64,000 nucleotides of DNA from an uncultured Acidobacteriaceae bacterium (GTDB lineage Bacteria; Acidobacteriota; Terriglobia; Terriglobales; Acidobacteriaceae): positions 3,809 through 67,808 of the forward strand of contig CAXSFX010000002.1 of NCBI GenBank assembly GCA_964236655.1, given 5' to 3'. Shown here piece after piece: positions 49,301 to 57,566 of this stretch. Under the pieces are notes generated by a model that ran no database searches, was not told where the DNA came from, and saw only the letters and a program-made list of their open reading frames with translations. The translations under genes were made by a program, and so were the position numbers. The number at the start of each line of letters is the position of its first letter. Positions within the stretch are counted from its first letter, which is position 1.

Positions 49301-49835
49301 CATCAACTATGCCGTGCCGGGGCTACCCGGGCCGCACTGGTTGGGCCATGGCTGGGCACTCAACAGCCTGGTGACCTTCCACGGCGGCACCCCATACAAC
49401 GTTCTTACCGGCACCGACGCAAGCGGTACCGGTGAAGGTGCGGATCGCCCGAACATCAACGGCCAGGTAAGTTACGCACCGCACACTATCGTGAATCACT
49501 CAGGCAGTGTGACCTACTTCAACAATCCCGGTACATTTACCGCGCCCGTCAATGCCTACGGCAACCTGCGCCGCAACCAGCTTTACGGCCCCGGCTACAA
49601 GGATGTAGACTTCTCCGTCTTCAAGGACGGTCACATCACCGAGCGGATCAGCGCGCAATTCCGTGTAGAAACCTTCAACCTGTTCAACTTCATCAACCTG
49701 GCCCCGCCGGACTCTACCTTGAGCGATTCCAGCTTCGGCACAATCAACTCCACCATCGGTAACTACAACGGGGCCCCCGGCATCGGCCCGGGAGAGCCCT
49801 ACAACACCCAGTTAGCACTTAAAATCCTGTTCTAA
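46353..49835 (+). CDS. TonB-dependent receptor (CarboxypepD_reg/Oar-like)
   Basis: AQTFRGSISG.VTD, PMNGRDF, KSGTNQIHG, RNEQYGASVGGP; C-terminal QLALKILF. Confidence 0.93.
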   Translation: MESRHPASPARLPLAAKLLARTLLLTRLPACVPLGVSSIAALLLLASCTPALLAQTFRGSISGIVTDKSDAAVPNAQVVALETATGMEHRTVSSGSGEYSFADLPLGAYTVTATAQGFSTIKVDNVPVSAGVIYSLPVKLNVAQAAETVEVSAGGLSLDTTSTTQTTVLPTATVQNTPMNGRDFTQLLAVSPGFAGYSAGGSGSVNGTRGNQVNWQIDGSDNNDLWHNIPAVNQGGIANIAGVTLPLDSIDQFSEQTQSSAEAGRNPGGTVNVVTKSGTNQIHGSVYYFNRNEFFAANSPFATPDASGNIVKNKLRNEQYGASVGGPVLKDRLFYFANYEKQQFIIESPASTTEPSGAYQAQALAVLNQYGIAPNPVQQNVLNTLFPSFATTGPATANNYTNASPITGYSYNGVVKADWTINSKNTLSGRGYGGQGSQIAPVGTQIPYYFEEGPIHVYNYSTTFNSTLSERMTNQLTAGVNYFNQLFYDQNHSFNIPALGLNTGVSGQLSGAPGLTIQGFDNLAHATPPSGRNDITGLITDTLSLVVGRHDLRIGGEYRNGQVDEFYQRKQRGSFDYEGTQGPWANPENVAGNTTHALTACEQATKSSSAGRTPIFTDGPTLALADYLAGCTYKDSIVRGDTKRQVFVNTYSLFAQDAWQLTQHFNLNYGLRYDYLGPLHDGAQDLSVFRPDIPNLPVPGIAFQGNQISSLYNAAHNNVSPRIGFSLQPASMANTVVRGGFGVFFDEPNLNPFLDNRPPNGGASGAESNPAGPNPAATLQNNFQIIPANGAPLFASSATFTPYDANGNLTQSYNLFSVNPNFRSSYNWNYNLNVETKVGPNLLATVGYVGSQGRKLLLIRDQNQAAIGSSSLPAPVVNSANGGGQVTLPQVFAQNATRPYGAQFPYYGVINEVDSAGTSNYNSLQATIRTTNLHGLTSQFGYTWSHNLDLISQYRNQNPENSNNLHADYGNSDYDVRNTFVSYINYAVPGLPGPHWLGHGWALNSLVTFHGGTPYNVLTGTDASGTGEGADRPNINGQVSYAPHTIVNHSGSVTYFNNPGTFTAPVNAYGNLRRNQLYGPGYKDVDFSVFKDGHITERISAQFRVETFNLFNFINLAPPDSTLSDSSFGTINSTIGNYNGAPGIGPGEPYNTQLALKILF

Positions 49836-49857
49836 ACAAAGGCCAAGCAAGTCTAAA

Positions 49858-49975
49858 CAAAGGCAAGGCAAATGCCAGGTAAATCATGTCATCCTGAGAA
49901 GGAGCATAGGAATCCCAAACAGCTCAAAAGGGTTCATCCTGAGCGTAGCGAAGGATCTGCTTTTGCCTTGCTTTA
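49858..49975 (+). repeat. Inverted REP-tail remnant, partial REP head, then REP
   Basis: AAGGCAAGGCAAATGCCAGG; GTCATCCTGAG at 49888; TTCATCCTGAGCGTAGCGAAGGATCTGCTTTTGCCTTGC at ~49933. Confidence 0.8.
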
Positions 49976-50014
49976 ACAACAGCCGTATCCAGCATTTCCG
50001 GAGCTTTCAAAGAT

Positions 50015-51637
50015 ATGCCACTAAGTCGTAGAGATTTCCTAGCACGTGTAGGGCAGGCGGGCGGTTTCGGTGCCGCCTTCCTCACTATGCAATCCATAGG
50101 CCTCATGCCTGCCATGGCTCTTGAACCGGTCTCCGCAGCCCCGGGCAGCGGCAAGGGCATCAAGGTAGCCATCCTGGGCGGGGGCATAGCCGGGCTGGTA
50201 GCCGCCTACGAGCTCCGCGCTCTGGGCTACAACTGCACCGTACTAGAAGCACGCGAGCGCCCCGGCGGCCGCAACTGGACCGTACGCGGCGGCGACCAGG
50301 TGGTATTCGACGATGGAACCAGCCAAACCAGCGCCTGGTCTGACGGTCACTACCAAAACGTAGGCCCCGCGCGCCTGCCCTCCATCCACCAAAACATACT
50401 GGGCTACTGCCGCAAGCTGGGCGTAGAGCTCCAGGTAGAAGTCAACACCTCTCGCTCCTCTCACCTTCAAAACGACGCAGCCAACGGCGGCCAGCCCATG
50501 GTGCAGCGTCAGGTCGTCAACGACACACGCGGCCATGTCAGCGAGCTGTTGATGAAGTGCATGAGCAGCGGCTCCCTTGACGCGGAAATAACACGGGCAG
50601 ACCGCGAACAGATGCTCGCATTCCTGCGCGTCTACGGCCCGCTCGACGACGCAGGCAAGTACAAGGGCAGTGACCGCGCAGGCTATAGCAAGCTTGCCGG
50701 TGCCGCCGACGATGCCGGTGTGTTGAGCGACCCCATTGACATGCACACGCTGCTCCAGGCCAACTTCTGGCAGGGCATCCTGTTTGAAGAAACCTTCGAC
50801 ATGCAGGCCACCATGTTCCAGCCGGTCGGCGGCATGGACCGCATCCCCTACGCATTTGCCAAGGCACTCGGCGATACCGTCCATTACAACTCGCCCGTTA
50901 CAGAAATCCGCAAAACCGCAAGCGGCGTCAGTATCGGCTACACGCAGGGCGGCAGCGCAAAGCAGATGAACGCCGACTACTGCATCTGCGCCATGCCGTT
51001 GACGATGCTCAAGAAAACCCCGAACGACTTCTCCGCGCCCTACTCGAAAGTCATCGACGAGTGTACCTATGCCGAGGCCTACAAAATCGCCTGGGAAAGC
51101 CGCCGCTTCTGGGAGCAGGACTACAACATCTACGGCGGTCTTGAGTTCATCAGCGAAGGCCCAAGCCCCATCTGGTTCCCCTCTGGCGGCATGTTCAGCG
51201 AGCGCGGCATCCTGGTAAGCGGCTACACCGACGAGCGCGAGCAGCCCTTCCGCAAACTGACCATGGCGGAAAAATTCGACGCCAGCCGCAACTCCATAGA
51301 GAAGCTGCACCCCGGCCACGGCAAGGAGCTGGAAAAGCCGATTTACGTGGGCTGGGGCCGCGTACCGCACAACCAGGGCTCATGGATTCAAAGCTACGGC
51401 CCCGGTCAGGAACGCTCTCCAGGCGCAGGAGTGACCCGCCAGGGAGCCCCGTCTCACCCCGCAGTAGCAAAAACCCAAACCAGTCCCGGCTATGAAACGC
51501 TGATCCAGGCAGACGGTTCCATCTACTTTGCCGGGGACCACGTAAGCCACATCGTAGGCTGGCAGGAGGGCGCAACATTAAGCTCTCTCCGCGCCGTACA
51601 AGCCATCGCCGATAGAACGAAAGCAGGGAAGGCTTGA
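50015..51637 (+). CDS. Tat-exported flavin monoamine oxidase / L-amino acid oxidase family protein
   Basis: SRRDFL Tat motif; ILGGGIAGL..AYEL, LEARERPGGR, QPVGGMDRI, YFAGDH..GWQEGA. Confidence 0.9.
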   Translation: MPLSRRDFLARVGQAGGFGAAFLTMQSIGLMPAMALEPVSAAPGSGKGIKVAILGGGIAGLVAAYELRALGYNCTVLEARERPGGRNWTVRGGDQVVFDDGTSQTSAWSDGHYQNVGPARLPSIHQNILGYCRKLGVELQVEVNTSRSSHLQNDAANGGQPMVQRQVVNDTRGHVSELLMKCMSSGSLDAEITRADREQMLAFLRVYGPLDDAGKYKGSDRAGYSKLAGAADDAGVLSDPIDMHTLLQANFWQGILFEETFDMQATMFQPVGGMDRIPYAFAKALGDTVHYNSPVTEIRKTASGVSIGYTQGGSAKQMNADYCICAMPLTMLKKTPNDFSAPYSKVIDECTYAEAYKIAWESRRFWEQDYNIYGGLEFISEGPSPIWFPSGGMFSERGILVSGYTDEREQPFRKLTMAEKFDASRNSIEKLHPGHGKELEKPIYVGWGRVPHNQGSWIQSYGPGQERSPGAGVTRQGAPSHPAVAKTQTSPGYETLIQADGSIYFAGDHVSHIVGWQEGATLSSLRAVQAIADRTKAGKA

Positions 51638-51648
51638 AGAGTACTTAC

Positions 51649-52152
51649 ATGCAACACATACGCGGAACCGCCGCCGCGCTGGCTCTCTCCGCAGCCGTCA
51701 GCATAGCCGGTGCAGCTCAGGCGCAGCTGGTAGTCAAGCACCTGCAGCCGAACGAAAAAAGCCCCATCGCCAATGGTGTCTGGGCAGGCGACACCCTGTA
51801 CCTAAGCGGCCAACTGGCTTCCCCCATAACTCCGGCAGACCCGTCCAAGGGCACTGAAGCCGTCTACGGCGACACCAAGACCCAATCCCTCTCCGCCCTG
51901 ACAAAAATCCAGGCCCTTCTAAAGGAACAAGGCCTCGACATGAAAGACGTCGTCAAAATGACAGTCTTCCTGGCAGGTGACCCGAAAAACGGCGGCAAAC
52001 TGGACTTCCCCGGCCTGCAAGCCAGCTACACACAATTCTTCGGCACCCCCGACCAACCCAACAAACCCGCCCGCAGCGCCATGCAGGTAGCCGCCCTCGC
52101 CGCCCCCTGGGCCCTGGTCGAGATCGAAGTAATCGCCATCCGGTCGAAATAA
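51649..52152 (+). CDS. Rid (RidA/YjgF) family protein with signal peptide
   Basis: TLYLSGQ, DVVKMTVFL, PARSA and VEIEVIA; N-terminal AAALALSAAVSIAGAAQA-Q Sec leader. Confidence 0.9.
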   Translation: MQHIRGTAAALALSAAVSIAGAAQAQLVVKHLQPNEKSPIANGVWAGDTLYLSGQLASPITPADPSKGTEAVYGDTKTQSLSALTKIQALLKEQGLDMKDVVKMTVFLAGDPKNGGKLDFPGLQASYTQFFGTPDQPNKPARSAMQVAALAAPWALVEIEVIAIRSK

Positions 52153-52199
52153 CCTGTAGCTATCCATAAACCGAATTAGCTGGAATAAACCGAAAAATA

Positions 52200-52232
52200 G
52201 GTGCCCACATCACGAATCAGAGATGTGGGTTT
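52200..52232. repeat. Second short palindromic repeat type
   Basis: GGTGCCCACATC-acgaatcaga-GATGTGGG hairpin in a convergent intergenic region. Confidence 0.55.
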
Positions 52233-52283
52233 CATCCTGATTTTCCCAAATCCAATTTCCCTAAATCAATCCCCCAAAAAAGG

Positions 52284-52315
52284 GTCATCCTGAGCGAAGC
52301 GAAGGATCTGCTTTT
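52284..52315 (+). repeat. REP-like repeat
   Basis: GTCATCCTGAGCGAAGCGAAGGATCTGCTTTT. Confidence 0.88.
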
Positions 52316-52353
52316 CCTCCGCTTTCCAACCCTGCCCAGCGACCCCCACCCTC

Positions 52354-53526
52354 CTACGACAACATCCTACTGCGATTCTCTCTAACCACCGGCACCATCG
52401 AAGCCACAGCCGCCCCATCCATCACCTGCTTGAACGCACTCCGAAAAGCCGCCATATCACTAGCCGTCCCCACCGTAATCCGCACAGAAGTCGGCATAAT
52501 AGGCCACACCCGACCTATATAGACATTCCGGTCAGCCATGGCCTTCATAACATCATGCCCGGGCCGCCCGGTATCGATCATGAAGCAGTTACTCTCTGAC
52601 GGCGTGAACTTATAGTTATTCGCACTTAACCATTCAAACGTCTCCCCCCGCAATCCGCTATTGATCGCTTTCCTCTGCGCAATAATTTGCGGATCATTCA
52701 AACTGGCCGTAGCCGCCGCCACCGCCATGATAGGCATCGGGTTCATGCCGTAGTAAGCAATCTTCGCCAGCAGGTCCGGCCTGCCGATCGCCAGCCCGCA
52801 GCGCACCCCGGCCATGCCGTAGAGCTTTGAAAACGTGCGCAGCACAATCACATCCTGGTCGGCCTTCACCAGGTCAAGCGACGGCGCAGCCTCCGAAAAG
52901 TGGATGTAAGCTTCATCGATCAGCAGGATAGACCCCGCCGGTTTATGCTTCAGCGCGTACTCTATCGCCTCGCGCGGCGTGGTAGTGCCGGTAGGGTTAT
53001 TAGGGTTGCAAATGTAATACACCCCGCCCATCGGGGCCGCCGCCAGCATTGCCTGTACATCATGCGCATGGGTAGCGGTAAGCGGAACCTTGACCACCGG
53101 CGCCCCGTTAAGCGCCGCCGCCCGCATGCCCGCTTCATAGCCGGGGTCGCCTGTAACATAGGCCCGCTGCTTCGAGGTAAACGCCAGCACAGAGTAGTGC
53201 AGCGGCTCGCTTGAGCCCGCATACACCGCAACATACTCAGGCTTCAGCCCTTCCTGGGCAGCAAAAGTCTGCGCCAGCTTGTCCGTCAAGTCGCTGTCGT
53301 AGCGTCCACCCTCAGGGATCATGCTCGTGATGCTGGAGCACGCCGCTGCGCACGGCCCCAACGGATTCTCATTCGCATCGATGCGCACCGCACCCGCGGG
53401 ATCGGGCTTACGCGGCGTACGCCGCTGTGCCTGCGCCAGTTGCGCCTCTGTAAATAGGGGCAGTGCCGCCGCAGATGCAACGGAAGCAGAAACAAGAAAC
53501 CGGCGGCGCGACAATAGCGTAGACAT
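52354..53526 (-). CDS. Tat-exported PLP-dependent aminotransferase (class I/II, HisC-like; PtaA-like)
   Basis: SRRRFL Tat motif; DANENPLG, CNPNNPTG, IDEAY, RTFSKLYGMAG.R (PLP lysine). Confidence 0.9.
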   Translation of the reverse strand: MSTLLSRRRFLVSASVASAAALPLFTEAQLAQAQRRTPRKPDPAGAVRIDANENPLGPCAAACSSITSMIPEGGRYDSDLTDKLAQTFAAQEGLKPEYVAVYAGSSEPLHYSVLAFTSKQRAYVTGDPGYEAGMRAAALNGAPVVKVPLTATHAHDVQAMLAAAPMGGVYYICNPNNPTGTTTPREAIEYALKHKPAGSILLIDEAYIHFSEAAPSLDLVKADQDVIVLRTFSKLYGMAGVRCGLAIGRPDLLAKIAYYGMNPMPIMAVAAATASLNDPQIIAQRKAINSGLRGETFEWLSANNYKFTPSESNCFMIDTGRPGHDVMKAMADRNVYIGRVWPIMPTSVRITVGTASDMAAFRSAFKQVMDGAAVASMVPVVRENRSRMLS

Positions 53527-53718
53527 AAACACTCCCATGCATGAAACAGTTGAAACGATCTATTCACTAACCTAGCGCCGCCGTCGCCGAGTCACAAGGG
53601 AGAAAACGCTCTATCACCAAGAGTTGTACCCGCTATAAACAACCCTTATCCCCTAACTCGCGCCGCGCACCGGTAAGGCTGTATGACCTCTGAATGCCCA
53701 GGCGCATGGACGCTCAAT

Positions 53719-54216
53719 AAACCTGAAGCAAAAGCAGGGTCAATGTCATGCAAGAAAACCGTGTCACCCTAAGCAGCACAATAAGAAAACCGTTCCACCC
53801 TGAGCAGCCACACAAAAAATCGTTCCACCCTGGGCGACCATAACAAGGAACCATGTCCACCCTAAACGATCACGTAAGAAAACCGTGTCACCTGGGCAAT
53901 CAAATAAGAAATCGGTGCCACCCTGAGCGGCATAGTAATAAAATCGTGTCACCTGGGCAGTCATAATGAAAAACCGTATCACCTGATAAGTCATAACAAG
54001 AAAACCGTGTTACCCTAAGCAGTCACAAAAGAGAACCGTTACCTGGGCGGTCATAATAAAAACCGCGTCACCACGAGCGTTCATAATAAGAAAACCGTGC
54101 CACCCTGGGCCGTCCCAGTAAGAAAACCGTGCCACCCCAAGTAGTCATAATAAAAACCGTGTCATCCTGAGCGAAGCTTCCATAGGAAGCGTAGTCGAAG
54201 AACCTGCTTCTGCCTT
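53719..54216 (+). repeat. Tandem array: leader, 13 degenerate ~31-bp REP-head units, terminal REP with inserted hairpin
   Basis: Consensus TAAGAAAACCGTGTCACCCTGRGCRGTCATAA from 53751 to 54150; GTCATCCTGAGCGAA-GCTTCC ata GGAAGC-GTAGTCGAAGAACCTGCTTC at 54161; leader AAGCAAAAGCAGGGT at ~53726. Confidence 0.9.
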
Positions 54217-54340
54217 ACCCGCTTTTGCCTTGTCCGCTTCTATCTTGTCTCCCTACCTTACCCCTGCTTCTGCTACAGATAAGCCTCAACACAACCCAAT
54301 ACAACTCAACATAACTAAACTCTTGCTACACTCGCCAAGC

Positions 54341-55240
54341 ATGCCCACCCCCCTGCTCTCAATCCGCGAGCTCACCATCCGATTCCCCCGAGCCGCCGCC
54401 CCCGCTGTAGACGCGCTCTCCCTCACCATCGCCCCCGGTGAATCCGTCGGCCTGGTCGGCGAGTCAGGCTCCGGCAAATCCGTCACCGCCCTCGCCATCC
54501 TGCGCCTCCTCCCGCCCGCCTCCGCCCACATCACAGGCTCCATCGAGTTTGCCGGCCAGCAGCTACTCACCCTGAAACCGGAAACCATGCGCTCCCTGCG
54601 TGGCCGCGAAATCGCCATGATCTTCCAGGAGCCCATGACCGCCCTCAACCCGGTCATGCCCGTAGGCACACAAATCGGCGAAGCCCTGCAAGCCCACAAC
54701 CCGCGCATGCCCCGCCGCCAGGTGCGCGAGGCCGTCCACGCCGCCATGGAAACCGTCGCCCTGCCCGACCCCCTCCGCCGCTCCCGCGACTACCCCCACC
54801 AGTTTTCCGGCGGCCAGCGCCAGCGCATCCTCATCGCCATGGCCATCATCAACCGCCCCCGCCTGCTCATCGCCGACGAGCCCACCACCGCCCTCGACGT
54901 CACCGTGCAAGCCCAAATCCTCGACCTGCTGCAAAAGCTGCGTGAGGAGCACGACCTCGCCATGCTGTTCATCTCGCACGACCTCGCCGTCGTCTCCCAG
55001 GTCACCGAGCGGGTCGCCGTCATGCGCCACGGCATCCTGCTTGAGCAGGCCCCCGTTCGCACCCTCTTCCACCACCCCCTGCACCCGTACACGCAGGCCT
55101 TGCTGCGCGCCATCCCCACCATGCAAACCCCGCTCGATCAACCGCTAGCCACACTCGCCGACGAGCAAACGGGCCAACCCAACTGGCGCACCGGCACCCT
55201 GGCCGAGCACACCCCCGGCCACTGGGTACGTTCCCTGTAA
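54341..55240 (+). CDS. Peptide/nickel ABC transporter ATP-binding protein (OppD/DppD-like)
   Basis: GESGSGKS Walker A, IFQEPMTALNP, YPHQFSGGQRQR, IADEPTTALD, HPYTQALL. Confidence 0.93.
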   Translation: MPTPLLSIRELTIRFPRAAAPAVDALSLTIAPGESVGLVGESGSGKSVTALAILRLLPPASAHITGSIEFAGQQLLTLKPETMRSLRGREIAMIFQEPMTALNPVMPVGTQIGEALQAHNPRMPRRQVREAVHAAMETVALPDPLRRSRDYPHQFSGGQRQRILIAMAIINRPRLLIADEPTTALDVTVQAQILDLLQKLREEHDLAMLFISHDLAVVSQVTERVAVMRHGILLEQAPVRTLFHHPLHPYTQALLRAIPTMQTPLDQPLATLADEQTGQPNWRTGTLAEHTPGHWVRSL

Positions 55241-55251
55241 GCTCAAGCCAC

Positions 55252-56058
55252 ATGCGCGCCCTCCTCATCTCCGACATCCACGCCAACCTGCAAGCGCTCC
55301 ACGCGGTGCTCGATCACGCACCCGCCTACGACGCGGTGTGGAATCTCGGCGACATCGTGGGCTACGGTGCCAACCCCAACGAAGTCATCGAGCGCGTCGG
55401 CAGCCTTGCGGCACTACCCAACCCAATCCCCAACCCGATCCCCAGTTCAATCCCCGCTTCCATATTCGTTCGCGGCAATCACGACCGCGCCTGCTGCGGC
55501 CTCACCGACCTCGACGGCTTCAACCCCGTAGCAGGCCGCGCCGCCCGCTGGACCCAGTGCGTGCTTTCCGCCGAGCACATCGCCTGGCTGCGCCACCTGC
55601 CGCAAGGCCCCGTCCAGCCCTCCCCCACGGAAACAGCAGTGCGCTGCGTTCACGGTTCACTGCTCGATGAAGACGAGTACGTCCTCACCGCCCGCGACGC
55701 CTTCTCCTCGCTCGCCGGCCCCGGCCCGGCAGTCAACTTCTTCGGCCACACCCACCTCCAGGGCGGCTTCGCCACTGACGGCGAGCAGTGGTACCGCCTC
55801 ACCCCCGACTACGCCACCCGCGACAAGGCCGAAAGCTGGACCCTGCAACTGTCCAGCGGTGCCCGCTACATGCTCAACCCCGGCTCCGTAGGCCAGCCGC
55901 GCGACGGCAACTGGCGCGCAGCCTTTGCCGTCTACGACACAGAGCGCCGCGTCATCGAGTTCCACCGCGTCCCCTACGACCTCCGTACCGCCCAGGAAAG
56001 TATCGTACGAGCAGGTCTCCCCGACCGCCTAGCCTCCCGCCTCCGCGACGGGCGCTAA
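55252..56058 (+). CDS. Metallophosphoesterase (calcineurin-like)
   Basis: SDIHAN, LGDIVGYG, RGNHD, FGHTH and NPGSVGQPRD. Confidence 0.93.
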   Translation: MRALLISDIHANLQALHAVLDHAPAYDAVWNLGDIVGYGANPNEVIERVGSLAALPNPIPNPIPSSIPASIFVRGNHDRACCGLTDLDGFNPVAGRAARWTQCVLSAEHIAWLRHLPQGPVQPSPTETAVRCVHGSLLDEDEYVLTARDAFSSLAGPGPAVNFFGHTHLQGGFATDGEQWYRLTPDYATRDKAESWTLQLSSGARYMLNPGSVGQPRDGNWRAAFAVYDTERRVIEFHRVPYDLRTAQESIVRAGLPDRLASRLRDGR

Positions 56059-56097
56059 ACCACAAGCGCGCGGCTCCGCATTTGCGACAATAACCGG

Positions 56098-57387
56098 ATG
56101 CCCGGCACGAACAAAAACGGCGCAATCGGCCTGGACTTCGGCACCACCAACACATCCGTAGCCGCCATGGCTCCCGACGGCACCGTCCAGCTCGCCCAGT
56201 TCCCAGCCGCTGCAGGCCCGACACCCTCCTTCCGCTCGCTGCTCCTCTTCGAGCGCGACGCGACCAAGCAAGTACGCAGCTTCGCCGGCCCATCCGCCAT
56301 CGAGTACTACCTCTCTGCTGAAGACCACGGCCGCCGCCTCGTACAATCCCTCAAAAGCTACCTGCCCTCACGCACCCTCACCGGCACAGAAGTATTCGGC
56401 CGCCGCCACTCGCTTGAAGACCTGCTGGCCCGCATCCTGCGAGAAGTCCGCACCGCCGCCGAGTCCTCATTCAACACACGCATCGAGCACGCCGTGGTAG
56501 GCCGCCCCGTGCACTTCGTAGGTGCCGAAACTGCGGAGGACGAAGCCTACGCGCTCACCCGCCTCGAAGACGCCTGTCACCGCGCCGGGTTCCAAAGCGT
56601 TCAGTTTGAGTACGAACCGGTAGGTGCAGCCTGCGCTTACGAGTCCACACTCGACCATGAAGAACTGGTCCTGATCGGCGACTTCGGCGGCGGCACCAGT
56701 GACTTCTCCCTGCTGCGCGTAGGCCCCGGCCTCAGCGGCACACAACGAGTGCTCGGCACAGGCGGCGTGGGCTTGGCAGGCGACGCCTTCGACGCCAAAC
56801 TTGTCCGCCACCTCGTCTCACCCGCCCTGGGAGCGGACTCACTCGAACGCTCCGGCGGCAAGCTGCTGCCCGGTGTCCCCGCATGGATCTACGCCAACCT
56901 CGAACGCTGGCACTACCTGTCGTTCCTACGCACCCGCAACGTCACAGAAATTCTGAAAGGTGCCCGCGTCCGCTCGCTCGAACCCGACAAAATCGAAGCC
57001 CTGCAAACGCTCATCGACGAGGATCTGGGCTTTCAGTTGCACGGCGCGGTGCAGCGGCTCAAGTACGCCCTGTCCACCCGGGAAGAAGCGGAATTTCAAT
57101 TCCACGAGGGCGGACTCACTCTCCAGATCCCCGTCACCCGTACGCAATTTGAAAGCTGGATCGCCGAGGACTTGGCCGCAGTAGCATCCGCCGTCGATAC
57201 ACTTCTAGGCAAAACCGGCATCCCCGCCACCGCGGTAGACCGCGTATTTCTAACCGGAGGCACATCGTTCGTCCCGGCTGTAGAAAAAATCTTCACATCC
57301 AGATTCACAGCAGGGAAGATCGTACGAGGAGAAGCCTTTACAGCCGTAGCTCATGGCCTCGCACTACGCGCACGGCAAATGTTCTAA
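56098..57387 (+). CDS. Hsp70-family protein (YegD-like)
   Basis: IGLDFGTTNT, VVGRPVHF, YEPVGAA, DFGGGTSDFS and FLTGGTS; lacks a substrate-binding domain. Confidence 0.9.
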   Translation: MPGTNKNGAIGLDFGTTNTSVAAMAPDGTVQLAQFPAAAGPTPSFRSLLLFERDATKQVRSFAGPSAIEYYLSAEDHGRRLVQSLKSYLPSRTLTGTEVFGRRHSLEDLLARILREVRTAAESSFNTRIEHAVVGRPVHFVGAETAEDEAYALTRLEDACHRAGFQSVQFEYEPVGAACAYESTLDHEELVLIGDFGGGTSDFSLLRVGPGLSGTQRVLGTGGVGLAGDAFDAKLVRHLVSPALGADSLERSGGKLLPGVPAWIYANLERWHYLSFLRTRNVTEILKGARVRSLEPDKIEALQTLIDEDLGFQLHGAVQRLKYALSTREEAEFQFHEGGLTLQIPVTRTQFESWIAEDLAAVASAVDTLLGKTGIPATAVDRVFLTGGTSFVPAVEKIFTSRFTAGKIVRGEAFTAVAHGLALRARQMF

Positions 57388-57415
57388 AACAATCCTGGAA
57401 AGTCGCTCTATGAAA

Positions 57416-57480
57416 TGTGTCATCTTGGGCCTTCCCAAAAAGGGTCATCCTGAGCGTAGCGAAGGATCTGCTTTTGCCTT
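57416..57480 (+). repeat. Partial REP head followed by REP
   Basis: TGTGTCATCTTGGGC, then GTCATCCTGAGCGTAGCGAAGGATCTGCTTTTGCC at 57444. Confidence 0.85.
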
Positions 57481-57566
57481 TGAACTATGCCGCTAGGCAG
57501 AGCCGAAAACAGCTCCTTTCGCTACGCATCAGTTTGCCGCTCATGATGAATCAAACCCTCAGCCCA

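Noticed and set aside
52354-53526. hisC (histidine biosynthesis)
   Set aside because: The Tat signal and the absence of other his genes argue for a periplasmic paralog.
53751-54160. CRISPR array
   Set aside because: Units are degenerate along their whole length with no invariant repeat/unique spacer alternation; the 31-bp period is too short and there are no cas genes.
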